Made by a program: the position numbers and the translations under genes
The notes under the pieces: model-generated
The model's database searches: none
Seen by the model: the letters and a program-made list of their open reading frames with translations, nothing else
What the model was told of the DNA's origin: nothing
Shown: piece after piece, positions 25,551-35,768 of the stretch
Position numbering within the stretch: position 1 is the first letter of the stretch
Layout: each line of letters starts with the position of its first letter
DNA from: Oscillospiraceae bacterium
Lineage (GTDB): Bacteria > Bacillota > Clostridia > Oscillospirales > Ruminococcaceae
Assembly (NCBI GenBank): GCA_009783205.1
Contig: WRHO01000005.1
Span: 5,886 to 69,885 of the forward strand
Direction: 5' to 3'
Length of the DNA stretch: 64,000 nucleotides

Positions 25551-27335
25551 TTAAATGCCGATTAACGCCGAAAAATCTTCCATTATCCGTTTCTGTAGCT
25601 TAACGGCTTCTTCCCGCGTTTCACCGATACAGGTATAATAAATCTTCAACTTTGGCTCTGTACCCGACGGACGAGCTATGATTACCGAGCCGTCGGCTAA
25701 ATCTAACTTTATTACGTTAGACTTCGGAAGACCGGTATTTTTAGGCGCGTCATTGCGGTTTTTAACAACCTGTTCCGAGTAATCGGTGAAAAAGTCAATA
25801 TCCGTGTTGTTAACTTGTTTGGGACAAGACCTTCTGAGCTTATCCATAATTTGCTTCATTTGAGTCGCGCCCGCCTGTCCCGCGAATTGTACATTTTGTG
25901 TATCGTTATAGTAATACCCATATTCCTCGTACATTTTTTTGCGGGCGTCGATGAGCGTTTTGCCTTCTCGCCTGTAGAACGCCGCCATTTCGCATATAAT
26001 CATTGACGCGCAAACCGCGTCTTTATCGCGCACATAATTGCCCGGAAGGTAGCCTATGCTTTCCTCGAAGCCGAATATAAACCGCTCCTGTTCCCCGTTT
26101 TTTTCGAGATTTCCCGCGATTTCGCCTATAAACTTGAACCCCGTAAGAACGTCCACAAGCTTGACCTTATATTTTGTCGCGATTTTATCCGCAATTGCCG
26201 TAGTAACGATTGATTTTACGGCAACCGGGTTCAACGGCATACTGTTCGCCTCTCTGCGTTCGCGACAGATATATTCGAGCATTAACGCCCCAACCTCGTT
26301 CCCGCTGAACAATTCGTAGTCGCCCACCCTATTCCGCACGGCGATTCCTACTCGGTCACAGTCGGGGTCGGTTGCCAATAAAAGGTCGGAACCCTCTCGT
26401 TTTGCCAAATCGAGCCCTAATTTTAACGCCGCCTCAAACTCGGGGTTAGGATAGGGACAGGTGGGGAACGAGCCGTCGGGAGTCTCCTGTTCCTCGACAA
26501 TTGCTACATCGTTAATACCGGTTTCCTTAAGAATTCGGCACACCGGCTTAAGCCCCGCGCCGTTTAAGGGGGTATATGCGATTTTAAGCCCCGAGCCGGC
26601 GCATATATTACGGTGAATTGCCTGTTCCTTAACGGTATTGATGTACTCGTCGATTATATCGCCGTCAATACTTGTTATTAAGCCTTCGTCATACGCATTG
26701 TCAAAATCCGCCAATTTAACCTCGTCAAAAAGGTCGAGCTTATTGATTCGGTTGACTATAACCTCGGTATTTCTCAGATTCAACTGACACCCGTCGCTTC
26801 CGTATACCTTGTAGCCGTTATATTGTGAAGGATTATGACTCGCGGTAATGACTATTCCCGCGCTGCATTTAAGCCGCCTCACCGCAAAGCTAAGCATAGG
26901 GGTGGGCATAATCTCTTTATAGACGTAACATTTTATATCATTAGCCGCCAAAACGCGAGACGCAACTCTCGCGAAATAAGCCGATTTGTGACGGCTGTCG
27001 AAGGCAATTGCAACCGACGGTTTATCGGAATTAGGAGAAGAATGTGTCTTGACAAAATCGGCTAAGCCTTGTGTTGCGCGCGCAACAATATAGTGATTAA
27101 TGCGGTTTGTACCCGCGCCGATAATTCCGCGAAGCCCGCCCGTCCCGAATTCGAGGTCACAGTAAAAGCGGTCTTCTAAATCGCCCTCAATCTGTTTTAT
27201 CGCCTCCTTGTCGTTACTGCTGACGGCTTCCTTCAGCTTTTTGTCAATTTTTTTCAATTCCTTTAGTAAATCGGCATCGTCGGAAGCTTTATTAAGCCAA
27301 AGATTGAATTTTTCGGATATAGCTCTGTTTAACAT
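25551..27335 (-). CDS. pgcA: phosphoglucomutase/phosphomannomutase-family phospho-sugar mutase
   Basis: Active-site loop GIVITASHNPSQYNGYKVY and a four-domain length of 594 aa. Confidence 0.9.
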   Translation of the reverse strand: MLNRAISEKFNLWLNKASDDADLLKELKKIDKKLKEAVSSNDKEAIKQIEGDLEDRFYCDLEFGTGGLRGIIGAGTNRINHYIVARATQGLADFVKTHSSPNSDKPSVAIAFDSRHKSAYFARVASRVLAANDIKCYVYKEIMPTPMLSFAVRRLKCSAGIVITASHNPSQYNGYKVYGSDGCQLNLRNTEVIVNRINKLDLFDEVKLADFDNAYDEGLITSIDGDIIDEYINTVKEQAIHRNICAGSGLKIAYTPLNGAGLKPVCRILKETGINDVAIVEEQETPDGSFPTCPYPNPEFEAALKLGLDLAKREGSDLLLATDPDCDRVGIAVRNRVGDYELFSGNEVGALMLEYICRERREANSMPLNPVAVKSIVTTAIADKIATKYKVKLVDVLTGFKFIGEIAGNLEKNGEQERFIFGFEESIGYLPGNYVRDKDAVCASMIICEMAAFYRREGKTLIDARKKMYEEYGYYYNDTQNVQFAGQAGATQMKQIMDKLRRSCPKQVNNTDIDFFTDYSEQVVKNRNDAPKNTGLPKSNVIKLDLADGSVIIARPSGTEPKLKIYYTCIGETREEAVKLQKRIMEDFSALIGI

Positions 27336-27392
27336 AGAAAAAGACCTCCTGAATAATTTAGAGCCTGTTTAGCATTTCTACACAGGCTCTGA

Positions 27393-27464
27393 CAGGGGCG
27401 TAGGGACTCGAACCCTGAACAACGGTTTTGGAGACCGTCATGTTACCAATTACACCACGCCCCT
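27393..27464 (-). tRNA. tRNA-Trp (anticodon CCA)
   Basis: Manual cloverleaf on the minus strand: acceptor AGGGGCG/CGCCCCT, anticodon arm ACGGT-CTCCAAA-ACCGT, T loop TTCGAGT. CCA is not encoded. Confidence 0.9.
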
Positions 27465-27470
27465 AAAGGA

Positions 27471-27505
27471 CAGTTGACAGTTGACAGTTGACAGTTGTCG
27501 GTTGC
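27471..27505. repeat. heptanucleotide tandem repeat (CAGTTGA x3 + 2 degenerate units)
   Basis: Direct reading: CAGTTGA CAGTTGA CAGTTGA CAGTTGT CGGTTGC. This gives three phased TTGACA hexamers on the plus strand. Confidence 0.85.
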
Positions 27506-27528
27506 CAAGTTTTTGTCGACCGAATAAT

Positions 27529-27558
27529 ATAATATCACAATTGTTACGGGTTTGTCAA
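27529..27558 (-). promoter_or_regulatory. candidate tRNA-Trp promoter (TTGACA-18-TATTAT)
   Basis: Minus strand: TTGACA (27558-27553) and TATTAT (27534-27529). Confidence 0.4.
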
Positions 27559-27577
27559 GTAAAAAATTCAAAAAGAC

Positions 27578-27606
27578 TTGCAAAAAAATGTTTTTTTTGA
27601 TATACT
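27578..27606 (+). promoter_or_regulatory. candidate recA promoter (TTGCAA-17-TATACT)
   Basis: TTGCAA 27578-27583 and TATACT 27601-27606. Confidence 0.5.
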
Positions 27607-27639
27607 TGTCTTTATAAAAGGAAAGGATTGGTCTGTATT

Positions 27640-28839
27640 ATGGCAAAAGCAAAGGCAACAAAATCGGTACCGGTAAAGGCGACAACGGGTGAGGAACGCA
27701 AAAAAGCGTTGGCGTCGGCAATCGCTCAAATAGAAAAGGACTTCGGTGAAGGCGCGGTAATGTTCATGAATTCCAAAAATCGCATGAATATCGAATCTAC
27801 ACCGACCGGCTCGCTAAATCTCGATTTGGCGTTGGGTATAGGCGGTCTCCCGAAGGGGAGAATTATCGAAATATACGGACAGGAATCGGGCGGTAAAACA
27901 ACCGTTTCGCTTCACGCAATCGCCGAAACGCAAAAATTAGGCGGAACGGCGGCGTTTGTCGACGTTGAACACGCGCTCGACCCCGTTTATGCAAAAAAGC
28001 TCGGCGTAAATGTTGACGAATTAATTGTGTCACAGCCGGATACGGGGGAACAGGCTCTTGAAATAATGGAACGGCTTGTGCGGTCGGGTGCAATTGATAT
28101 AATCGTTCTCGACTCGGTAGCCGCAATGGTTACCCGCGCCGAGATTGAGGGCGAAATGGGGGATTCTCATGTAGGGCAACAGGCGCGGTTGATGTCGGCG
28201 GCTATGCGTAAATTAACAAGTATTATTTCAAAAACGGGTACAGCCGCAATTTTTATAAATCAAGTACGCGAAAAAATCGGCGGCTACGGGAACCCGGAAA
28301 CGACGCCCGGCGGTCGCGCCCTCAAATTCTACGCGTCGGTCAGGATTCAAGTAAGCAAGACGAGCGAAAAAATCATGGACGGCTCCGAACAAATCGGAGT
28401 CAGAACGAGATGTAAGGTCGTAAAAAATAAAGTCGCGCCGCCGTTTAAAACCTGTGAATTTGATATGATTTACGGTACGGGTATCTCAAAGGTCGGAGAA
28501 ATTCTCGATTTAGCCGTAGATTTAGCCGTCTGTAAAAAAAGCGGCGCGTGGTATTATCACGGGGATATGCGCTTAGGACAGGGGCGCGAAAACGCAAAGA
28601 ACTACCTTTTGGAGAATCGCGATTTAATGGACGAAATTGAAACAAAGGTTCGAGAAAAATCCGAAACGGTTGATATTTTTGACGACGCCCCCGAAGTCGC
28701 CGCGAGCGAAACGGCGACAGAAGCTACCCCCGCACCCGCAGAACCCGCACGTTCAAAAAAAGCCCCCAAAAAAGCGGGAAAAGCAATACTTATAGAAGAT
28801 GAGGAAAACTTTGAAGAATTTTCTCCCGATGAATTATAA
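27640..28839 (+). CDS. recA: recombinase RecA (with ~50-aa low-complexity acidic C-terminal extension)
   Basis: Start moved to the ATG at 27640 (AAAGGAAAGGA upstream). Walker [10 protein letters not shown], and collinear with RecA throughout. Confidence 0.95.
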   Translation: MAKAKATKSVPVKATTGEERKKALASAIAQIEKDFGEGAVMFMNSKNRMNIESTPTGSLNLDLALGIGGLPKGRIIEIYGQESGGKTTVSLHAIAETQKLGGTAAFVDVEHALDPVYAKKLGVNVDELIVSQPDTGEQALEIMERLVRSGAIDIIVLDSVAAMVTRAEIEGEMGDSHVGQQARLMSAAMRKLTSIISKTGTAAIFINQVREKIGGYGNPETTPGGRALKFYASVRIQVSKTSEKIMDGSEQIGVRTRCKVVKNKVAPPFKTCEFDMIYGTGISKVGEILDLAVDLAVCKKSGAWYYHGDMRLGQGRENAKNYLLENRDLMDEIETKVREKSETVDIFDDAPEVAASETATEATPAPAEPARSKKAPKKAGKAILIEDEENFEEFSPDEL

Positions 28840-28854
28840 GCCTTTAAGGAGTAT

Positions 28855-30213
28855 ATGATTAAAATTAATACATCAAGGGTTGCGGTCGTTTCTCTCGGCT
28901 GTCCCAAGAATCAATGTGACGCGGAGCTTATGCTCGCGAAAATTGCAAAGGCGGGGTATCGTTTAGTTGTTGAGCCGGGAACGGCAGATGTCGTCATCAT
29001 CAACACCTGTTGCTTTATTCAATCGGCAAAGGAAGAGGCAATTGAAGAGATTTTAGAAGCCGCCTCGCGTAAAAAAGACGGTATTAATAAGAAAATTATC
29101 GTCACCGGTTGTCTCGCCGAGCGGTACAAGCAACAGGTTGCGGAGGAATTTCCGGAGGTTGACGGCGTTCTTGCGTTGTCGGATAACGCAAATATTGTCG
29201 AGGCGATTAACACCGTTCTTCTCGATAAAAGAGCCATGCTTTTCGGAGATATCGAAAATCATTGTATGGAGGGGGAACGCCTTCTTTCAACAATGCCGCA
29301 TTATGCTTATTTGAGGGTTGCCGACGGCTGTGACAATCGTTGCTCCTATTGTGCGATTCCGCTTTTTCGAGGGAAATATCGTTCCCGACCGATTGAAAAC
29401 ATAATCGAAGAGGCAAAAAACCTTGTCGAAAACGGGGTGAGAGAGTTGATTCTTGTGGCACAAGATGTTACAAATTACGGAAAAGACGCAACCGGCTCTT
29501 CACTGACAATTCTTTTAAAGCAACTGACTAAAATCGACAAACTAAAATGGATTCGTCTGTTATACTGTTATCCACAGCACATTACCGACGAGCTTATTGA
29601 GGTGATAAAAAGCGAGCAAAAGATTGTTAAGTATCTCGATATACCGATTCAACATTGCAGCGACGACGTTCTCTCCGCAATGAACCGCACGGGTACTAAG
29701 CAAATGCTGACCGACTTAATTATACGGCTTCGTAAATCAATTCCCGGGTTGGTCTTGCGTACAACCGTTTTAGTGGGCTTCCCCGGCGAAACGGAGGAAC
29801 AATTCACCGAGTTAGCCGAATTTGTACATTCGAAGGAAACGCGGTTTGATTATCTCGGTTGTTTTGCTTATTCGGAGGAGGAGGGGACAGCCGCCGCAGA
29901 AATGCCCGACCAAATAGACCCCGCAGAGCGCGAACGCCGCCAAAAAATCATCTTAGAGCAACAGGACATAAGGGTTGCCGAGTTTGTTAATACATTAATC
30001 GGAAACGAGCATGAGGTTGTCGTCGAGGGGTTTGACAAATATGCGGAGTTTTTCTTTGGTCGCTTCTACGGACAGGCACCCGAAATAGACTCGATGATTT
30101 ATTTTACCCTATCCGAATCGGTAAAATCGAGAGCAAAACCGGTTATCGGTCAATTTGTTAAGGTCGAAATAACCGATAATTTGGATAATAACCTCGTGGG
30201 GGTAATGCTGTGA
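28855..30213 (+). CDS. rimO: ribosomal protein S12 methylthiotransferase RimO
   Basis: N-terminal UPF0004 domain (VSLGCPKNQCDAE), radical-SAM CDNRCSYC, and a C-terminal TRAM-like domain. Confidence 0.85.
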   Translation: MIKINTSRVAVVSLGCPKNQCDAELMLAKIAKAGYRLVVEPGTADVVIINTCCFIQSAKEEAIEEILEAASRKKDGINKKIIVTGCLAERYKQQVAEEFPEVDGVLALSDNANIVEAINTVLLDKRAMLFGDIENHCMEGERLLSTMPHYAYLRVADGCDNRCSYCAIPLFRGKYRSRPIENIIEEAKNLVENGVRELILVAQDVTNYGKDATGSSLTILLKQLTKIDKLKWIRLLYCYPQHITDELIEVIKSEQKIVKYLDIPIQHCSDDVLSAMNRTGTKQMLTDLIIRLRKSIPGLVLRTTVLVGFPGETEEQFTELAEFVHSKETRFDYLGCFAYSEEEGTAAAEMPDQIDPAERERRQKIILEQQDIRVAEFVNTLIGNEHEVVVEGFDKYAEFFFGRFYGQAPEIDSMIYFTLSESVKSRAKPVIGQFVKVEITDNLDNNLVGVML

Positions 30214-30905
30214 ACAAATTTTTTATAAAGCTTAGAGATTTTATCAGAGGTATAATCGACGTCGTTATTGAGCTTAACGATTCAATTAATTTAGCAAACA
30301 AGCTTACAATACTCAGAATTTTTCTCGTCCCGTTATTTGTGATATTTATATCAATCGACAATATTCCGCATAATATCACAATTGCCCTTTTAATCTTTAT
30401 CGGCGCGAGCATTACCGATTATTTTGACGGGTACATTGCGAGAACGCGAATGATGATAACCGAATTTGGCAAATTTCTCGACCCTATTGCCGATAAAATC
30501 ATCGTTATGAGCGCGTTGGTTTGTTTTACGGGAAAAGGGTGGATTCAACCGTGGGTCGTCGTCGTAATATTAGCGCGGGATTTTATCATATCCGCTATAC
30601 GTCTCGCGGCGGTTCAAAGCGAGGAAAAGCTCGTTATCCCCGCCCGAACATCGGGCAAGGTGAAAACCGCAATCACAATGATAACGATATGCTTTATTAT
30701 GGGGTTATGGCTTTTAAACAGCTATGGGCTTGTAAAATTTGAGGTTGAGATTCAAGGCACAACGACCGTTTTAAACAGACCCGATTTACTTCTCGCGCCA
30801 ATCGGTAACGCTTTAATGTATATATGCGTAGCTCTTAATGTATTTTCGGGCGTACAGTATGTATGGGACGCCCGCGATATTTTAAAAGATGTTTTTAAAA
30901 AGTAA
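30210..30905 (+). CDS. pgsA: CDP-diacylglycerol--glycerol-3-phosphate 3-phosphatidyltransferase
   Basis: CDP-alcohol phosphatidyltransferase motif DYFDGYIARTRMMITEFGKFLDPIADK. The N-terminal ~35 aa may be an over-extension. Confidence 0.85.
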   Translation: MNKFFIKLRDFIRGIIDVVIELNDSINLANKLTILRIFLVPLFVIFISIDNIPHNITIALLIFIGASITDYFDGYIARTRMMITEFGKFLDPIADKIIVMSALVCFTGKGWIQPWVVVVILARDFIISAIRLAAVQSEEKLVIPARTSGKVKTAITMITICFIMGLWLLNSYGLVKFEVEIQGTTTVLNRPDLLLAPIGNALMYICVALNVFSGVQYVWDARDILKDVFKK

Positions 30906-30998
30906 AAGTTAAAATAGAGTTTACGAGCGAATTTATTTCACTCGAGAGCTTGACTGATTTCGCAAAGCTTTTTGCGGTTCAAAAAAAGGAGTTCATAA

Positions 30999-32321
30999 AT
31001 GAGTTATTATTGTACACAATGCGGGACAAAGGTGATAAATGACGACGCGTTATTCTGTCACAAATGCGGGGCGGCACTCGCACACGCTTTTAATAATGTT
31101 GTCAAGCCTATGGACGAGCAAAGCCCGCCCGCCGACTCTTCTATTGCAAAACAACCTATTATCAGCTACAGCAATGAGCAATTTGACGAAAACGAAGAAG
31201 AATTCAAAGAAAAACTCAAAGAAGAACTCAATATTGAATCGAGCGACGATAATACAAACGATAACGATGAAGAGTTTAGTGAAGAGTTCAAAGACGAACC
31301 CGAGGACGAATCGGCAATAGCGGTTGCCGCCGTTAAGACCGAGAAACCCGTTCCCGAAAAGAAAAAACGAAGGAGAAATCCTTTAATCGCAATACTCGGG
31401 ATAATACTTTCGATTATGCTGTTTATCGCGGTGACCGCGGGACAGGCGTGGTTTGTCTTAAACGAAAGCATACAGAAAAAGGCGGTAAAAGCCGCGGCAA
31501 AGGTTATTACCGAGGAGGTCGATTTTTCAAGTATATCCGTTCCCGGGTTTGTGAACGAGAAATATGTTACAATTCCCGGGGTTGACGCAAGAATTGCTCT
31601 TCCCGACGCGATTTACGGAACAATTGACGATTATTACAGAGAGATATTCGGCGTAGAGAGCGACCACATTCGCGAGCTTCTTCAAAGCGACGTTTTCAGA
31701 AGCTTTCTCGGTGCGATAATTGACGACGGCGCGGGATATATAACGGGTAACGATTCGGGCGTTATCGTTACATCTGCGCGAATTGTAGAGCTTATTCAAG
31801 ATAATAAGGACGAGATTGAAGATATAACATCATACACTCTTGTCGAGTCCGATTTTGACGACATAAAAAAAGTCCTCACCGAATCGGGGCTTGACGCCCT
31901 TACGTGGGACTTGGCGACAGACACCCCCGATACATTTTTAATCAGGAATGCGTTTTCTATCGTCGATAATCAACCGATTATATCGCTCGTTTCGCTTATC
32001 GCCGTTATTGTCATACTTATCGCACTTCTTGCGGTTATAAATCGTCGCCGTATTTCAAACACGCTTTTATATTTCGGAATACCCTTTATCGTTTCCGGCG
32101 GGGTTTTCATAGCCTGTAGATTAATTGGCGCGGATTTGATTTCGCGAAGAATCATAAGCGAATTTGGGGTAGACGCGGCGACGATGAATTCAATTATGAG
32201 CGCGTTTTCGGGTACCGAAAGCATAGTTCTCTATTCGGGTATAATTGTTGCGGGGGCTGGAATTATCGCGGTTATAATAAGAATAATTCTGCACGGGTTG
32301 CGAAAAAAGCTTATTATATAG
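30999..32321 (+). CDS. zinc-ribbon membrane protein, unknown function
   Basis: N-terminal YCTQCGTKV...FCHKCGA zinc ribbon, an acidic linker, one TM, an extracytoplasmic region and C-terminal TMs. Confidence 0.6.
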   Translation: MSYYCTQCGTKVINDDALFCHKCGAALAHAFNNVVKPMDEQSPPADSSIAKQPIISYSNEQFDENEEEFKEKLKEELNIESSDDNTNDNDEEFSEEFKDEPEDESAIAVAAVKTEKPVPEKKKRRRNPLIAILGIILSIMLFIAVTAGQAWFVLNESIQKKAVKAAAKVITEEVDFSSISVPGFVNEKYVTIPGVDARIALPDAIYGTIDDYYREIFGVESDHIRELLQSDVFRSFLGAIIDDGAGYITGNDSGVIVTSARIVELIQDNKDEIEDITSYTLVESDFDDIKKVLTESGLDALTWDLATDTPDTFLIRNAFSIVDNQPIISLVSLIAVIVILIALLAVINRRRISNTLLYFGIPFIVSGGVFIACRLIGADLISRRIISEFGVDAATMNSIMSAFSGTESIVLYSGIIVAGAGIIAVIIRIILHGLRKKLII

Positions 32322-32334
32322 CAGTTGCCATAAA

Positions 32335-32496
32335 TTACCCCATATTTGCGGCAATCATTCCCTCTAATTTTGCCGCCTCCTCCATTGACGCGGTAGCCGA
32401 TACCTTTCCGTAAAGCTCGGACACCTTATCCATATCGCCGCCCTTCATGGCGGTGGCGATAAGCTTTGAATAAAGCGTTAATTGAGCGTCGTTCAT
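32335..32496 (-). CDS. possible 53-aa helical small protein
   Basis: Not in the ORF track. ATG at 32496 with GGTGGTGA 9 nt upstream. Downstream of rpoD. No family recognised. Confidence 0.3.
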   Translation of the reverse strand: MNDAQLTLYSKLIATAMKGGDMDKVSELYGKVSATASMEEAAKLEGMIAANMG

Positions 32497-32533
32497 GTCG
32501 AGTTTTCACCACCTTTATATAGCATTAATATAT

Positions 32534-32577
32534 AATATACTCATTAACTGCAAAATTTAGCAGTTAATGAGTATATT
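32534..32577. repeat. palindromic repeat, copy B (AATATACTCATTAACTGC-AAAATTTA-GCAGTTAATGAGTATATT)
   Basis: Perfect 18-bp arms, 6 nt after the rpoD stop. Shares the arm core and loop with copy A at 24115-24154. Confidence 0.55.
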
Positions 32578-32583
32578 AAGCTG

Positions 32584-33669
32584 TCAGTCTAAAAAGTCCT
32601 TTAATTTTTTACTTCTCGACGGGTGACGGAGTTTTCTTAATGCCTTAGCTTCAATTTGGCGGATTCTTTCCCGTGTGACGTTAAACTCGCGCCCCACCTC
32701 TTCTAAAGTCCTCATTCTTCCGTCGGTCAACCCGAACCGCAACCGCAATACACGCGCTTCTCTGTCCGTGAGCGTTTCTAAAACGTCCGAAAGCTGTTCC
32801 TTTAAAAGTGTGTGCGACGCGGCTTCGGCGGGTGCCGGGGCGTCGTCGTCGGGGATAAAATCGCCCAAATGTGAATCTTCTTCTTCGCCAATCGGCGTTT
32901 CGAGCGAAACGGGGTCTTGTGCAATTCGGATTATCTCGCGTACCCTCTCGACCGGCATATTAAGCTCTCTCGCTATGTCCTCTGGGGTCGGCTCTGTCCC
33001 GTTTTTATGGAGCAGAAGCGACGACGCTTTTTTTACCTTTGTAATCGTCTCCACCATATGGACGGGAATACGTATTGTCCGCGCCTGGTCAGCTATTGCC
33101 CTTGTAATCGCCTGTCTAATCCACCAGGTTGCGTATGTCGAAAATTTAAACCCTTTTGTATAATCGAATTTTTCCACGGCTTTAATAAGCCCGAGATTCC
33201 CCTCTTGAATAAGGTCAAGAAATTGCATACCGCGCCCTACATATTTTTTTGCAACGCTTACGACGAGACGTAAATTTGCCTCGGACAGCCTTTTGCGCGC
33301 ATAAGTATCACCTTGTATCATACGGGTGGCTAATTCGATTTCCTCTTCTGCGGACAAAAGAGGAACCCGCCCGATTTCTTTAAGGTATATTTTTACGGGG
33401 TCGTCTATTGAAACCCCCTCGGTCGATAACGCCATATCGAGGTCGTCCTCAGATGAAAAGTCCAATGCCGAGTCGAGGTCGTTATCCGTTGCGTAGTCAT
33501 CGACAATTTCGATATTAAGGGTTTCAAAATCCTCATAAAGCTTGTCGATTTGTTCTACATTAAACTCGAGTTCTTCTAAAAAATCGGTTATCTCTTTTGT
33601 GGAGAGCTTACCGGTCGACTTACCTTGGTCGAGCAGGTCTTTAAGTACCCCTTTTGTGGTATCGTTCAT
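32584..33669 (-). CDS. rpoD: RNA polymerase primary sigma factor
   Basis: Region 2 [27 protein letters not shown] and a region 4 HTH. It lies downstream of dnaG. Confidence 0.95.
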   Translation of the reverse strand: MNDTTKGVLKDLLDQGKSTGKLSTKEITDFLEELEFNVEQIDKLYEDFETLNIEIVDDYATDNDLDSALDFSSEDDLDMALSTEGVSIDDPVKIYLKEIGRVPLLSAEEEIELATRMIQGDTYARKRLSEANLRLVVSVAKKYVGRGMQFLDLIQEGNLGLIKAVEKFDYTKGFKFSTYATWWIRQAITRAIADQARTIRIPVHMVETITKVKKASSLLLHKNGTEPTPEDIARELNMPVERVREIIRIAQDPVSLETPIGEEEDSHLGDFIPDDDAPAPAEAASHTLLKEQLSDVLETLTDREARVLRLRFGLTDGRMRTLEEVGREFNVTRERIRQIEAKALRKLRHPSRSKKLKDFLD

Positions 33670-33675
33670 ATAATC

Positions 33676-35457
33676 CTAACCTCCTCTTTTAACCCGTTTA
33701 TTAATATATTCCAAAGCCTCTTCGTTTGTCATTTCGTCAGAGGTTTTTTTGTTCGCTTTTTGTTTAAGCTCGACTAATACATTAATATAATCGTTTAATC
33801 GTTCATCGGTAAAGGGCAAATCGGCATTGTCAATTTTAACCTTTTTTATTCTACCCACTTCTTCCGCCGAAAATTCGCCCCCGAGCGACGATATATCTAT
33901 AGATTGTCTTTTAGTAAGCCTTAATATAAGCGTTTCAAACAATTTTCGATTAAATACGGTAGGAAAATCCACGGGATTTAATCTACGCAAGATGAGGGGG
34001 AGCTTGTCCGGCGAGTGAAACAAAAACGCTATAATGCCGTTTTCGGCTCTCACTTCTGCGGGAAACCTATTCGAATCGGGGTTTATTTCGTCGCGTTTTG
34101 TTGTCGATTTAAGTAGAGCCTTCCTGTCGTCTTTTTGTTGAAAATAGCGATTCGATTTCCTTTTCGCTCCAATTTGCTCCTCTATCCAGTCTACCGAAAC
34201 CTTACAATCCTCCGCTAACTCCGAAACGTATACCCGTCGCTCATATTGGTTGTTGATTTCCGAAAGAAATTCAACCGCTTTTCTGAGATAATCTGCCCGC
34301 CCTTCGGGTGTATCCGTGTCTGCATTTTCTTTAAATTGGTTCAGCTTAAAGGATATTACCGGGATTGATTTATCTACGAGCGTCGCAAAGCTCTCCGCAC
34401 CAAACATTTTTATGTAGTCGTCGGGGTCTTTTGCCCCTCGAAGCTCCAACACCTTTGCAGACATACCCGCCTGATTAAGCATACCGATTGTTTTTTCGGT
34501 TGCCTTAGCCCCCGCCTTGTCACAATCGTAAGCAATAACCGCCTTTTTCCCCTCCCAATAAAAACGAAGCTCATTCCTAACCTGTTCCGGGGTCAACGCC
34601 GTCCCCAAGATTGCCACGGCATTGTCGAAGCCCGCTTGATTAAGCGTTACCGCGTCCATGTTCCCCTCGCAAAGAATGACACAGTCTTTTTTAGAATTTT
34701 TTGCAAAATTTATAGAAAAAAGATGCTTCCCCTTTGTATAGACGGGGGTCGTCGCCGAGTTGACATATTTTCCGCTTTTTCCGTCGTCGTTGACTATCCT
34801 TCCGGAAAAAGCTATTATGTTCTTAAGTCGGTCTATAACGGGGAACATAACCCGCCCCCTGAACATATCGTATATGTTTCCGCGTTCGTTTTGCTTGAGC
34901 AAAGACGCCTCAATCATTTCGGCGTCGCCGTATCCGTGTAAATTCATATGCCGCTTCAACGAATCCCATGAGTCCGCGGCGTACCCCAAGCCGTACTTGC
35001 GAATTGTGTTATCGTTAAGTCCGCGTTCCCGCAAAAAAGCCAATCCCGCTTTCCCCTCTTCCGATAACAAATTGTTTACGAAAAACTTCGCCGCGAGTTT
35101 GTTCATTTCGTAGATACGCGAGCGTTTTCGAAGCTCCGCCTTTGCTTTCTCGCCGTCCTCGCCGTCCTCCGGAACGGGGATACCCGAACGCTCCGCAATA
35201 AGCCGAACCGCCCCCATATAGTCGAGGTTCTCGGTGAGTCGCGTAAATGTAATAACATCGCCACCCAACCCGCACCCGAAACAATAAAAACTCTGACTGT
35301 CTGTATAGACATGGCATGAGGGGGTCTTTTCCGAGTGAAACGGACACAGACAAGTATAATCCCGCCCCGCTTTTTTTAATCTTGCGTACCCGCTCATCAC
35401 CGTTACAATATCGTTCGCCTGTCGAATTTGGTCAAAAAACTCATCAGGTAAAGCCAT
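33676..35457 (-). CDS. dnaG: DNA primase
   Basis: Zinc finger CPFHSEKTPSCHV...CFGCG and TOPRIM ILCEGNMDAVTL. Confidence 0.95.
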   Translation of the reverse strand: MALPDEFFDQIRQANDIVTVMSGYARLKKAGRDYTCLCPFHSEKTPSCHVYTDSQSFYCFGCGLGGDVITFTRLTENLDYMGAVRLIAERSGIPVPEDGEDGEKAKAELRKRSRIYEMNKLAAKFFVNNLLSEEGKAGLAFLRERGLNDNTIRKYGLGYAADSWDSLKRHMNLHGYGDAEMIEASLLKQNERGNIYDMFRGRVMFPVIDRLKNIIAFSGRIVNDDGKSGKYVNSATTPVYTKGKHLFSINFAKNSKKDCVILCEGNMDAVTLNQAGFDNAVAILGTALTPEQVRNELRFYWEGKKAVIAYDCDKAGAKATEKTIGMLNQAGMSAKVLELRGAKDPDDYIKMFGAESFATLVDKSIPVISFKLNQFKENADTDTPEGRADYLRKAVEFLSEINNQYERRVYVSELAEDCKVSVDWIEEQIGAKRKSNRYFQQKDDRKALLKSTTKRDEINPDSNRFPAEVRAENGIIAFLFHSPDKLPLILRRLNPVDFPTVFNRKLFETLILRLTKRQSIDISSLGGEFSAEEVGRIKKVKIDNADLPFTDERLNDYINVLVELKQKANKKTSDEMTNEEALEYINKRVKRGG

Positions 35458-35750
35458 TATTCACTATCCATCGCCGTCCCGCAATCGGGACAAAACTTAG
35501 ACCCGGTAACCGCCGCTCCGCACTTCGGGCAAGCCGGCTTTGCTTTTCCGCAACCGGCACAAAATTTAGAGGTGTTTTTGTTTCCGCAGGAACATTTCCA
35601 CTCCAACGCTTTTTCAGACTCTTTCCTCTGCTTAGCGTTTTGGTTTGCTCTGTTCAGACTGTCAACATTTTCTTTAGTACGCCGAGCGTTCCAAACGGTA
35701 TTATTAGCCGTGTTCATAAGCCGATTAGCCTTATTAAGTATATCCTTCAA
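35457..35750 (-). CDS. double zinc-ribbon protein
   Basis: CSCG...CAGCG...CPKCG...CPDCG. Its stop overlaps the dnaG start (TAATG). Confidence 0.6.
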   Translation of the reverse strand: MKDILNKANRLMNTANNTVWNARRTKENVDSLNRANQNAKQRKESEKALEWKCSCGNKNTSKFCAGCGKAKPACPKCGAAVTGSKFCPDCGTAMDSE

Positions 35751-35768
35751 ATTTAACCTCCTAAAAAA

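Noticed and set aside
27500-27640. SOS (LexA/DinR) box upstream of recA
   Set aside because: I searched by eye for GAAC-N4-GTTC and found no match in the ~170 nt upstream. I cannot claim SOS regulation from this sequence.
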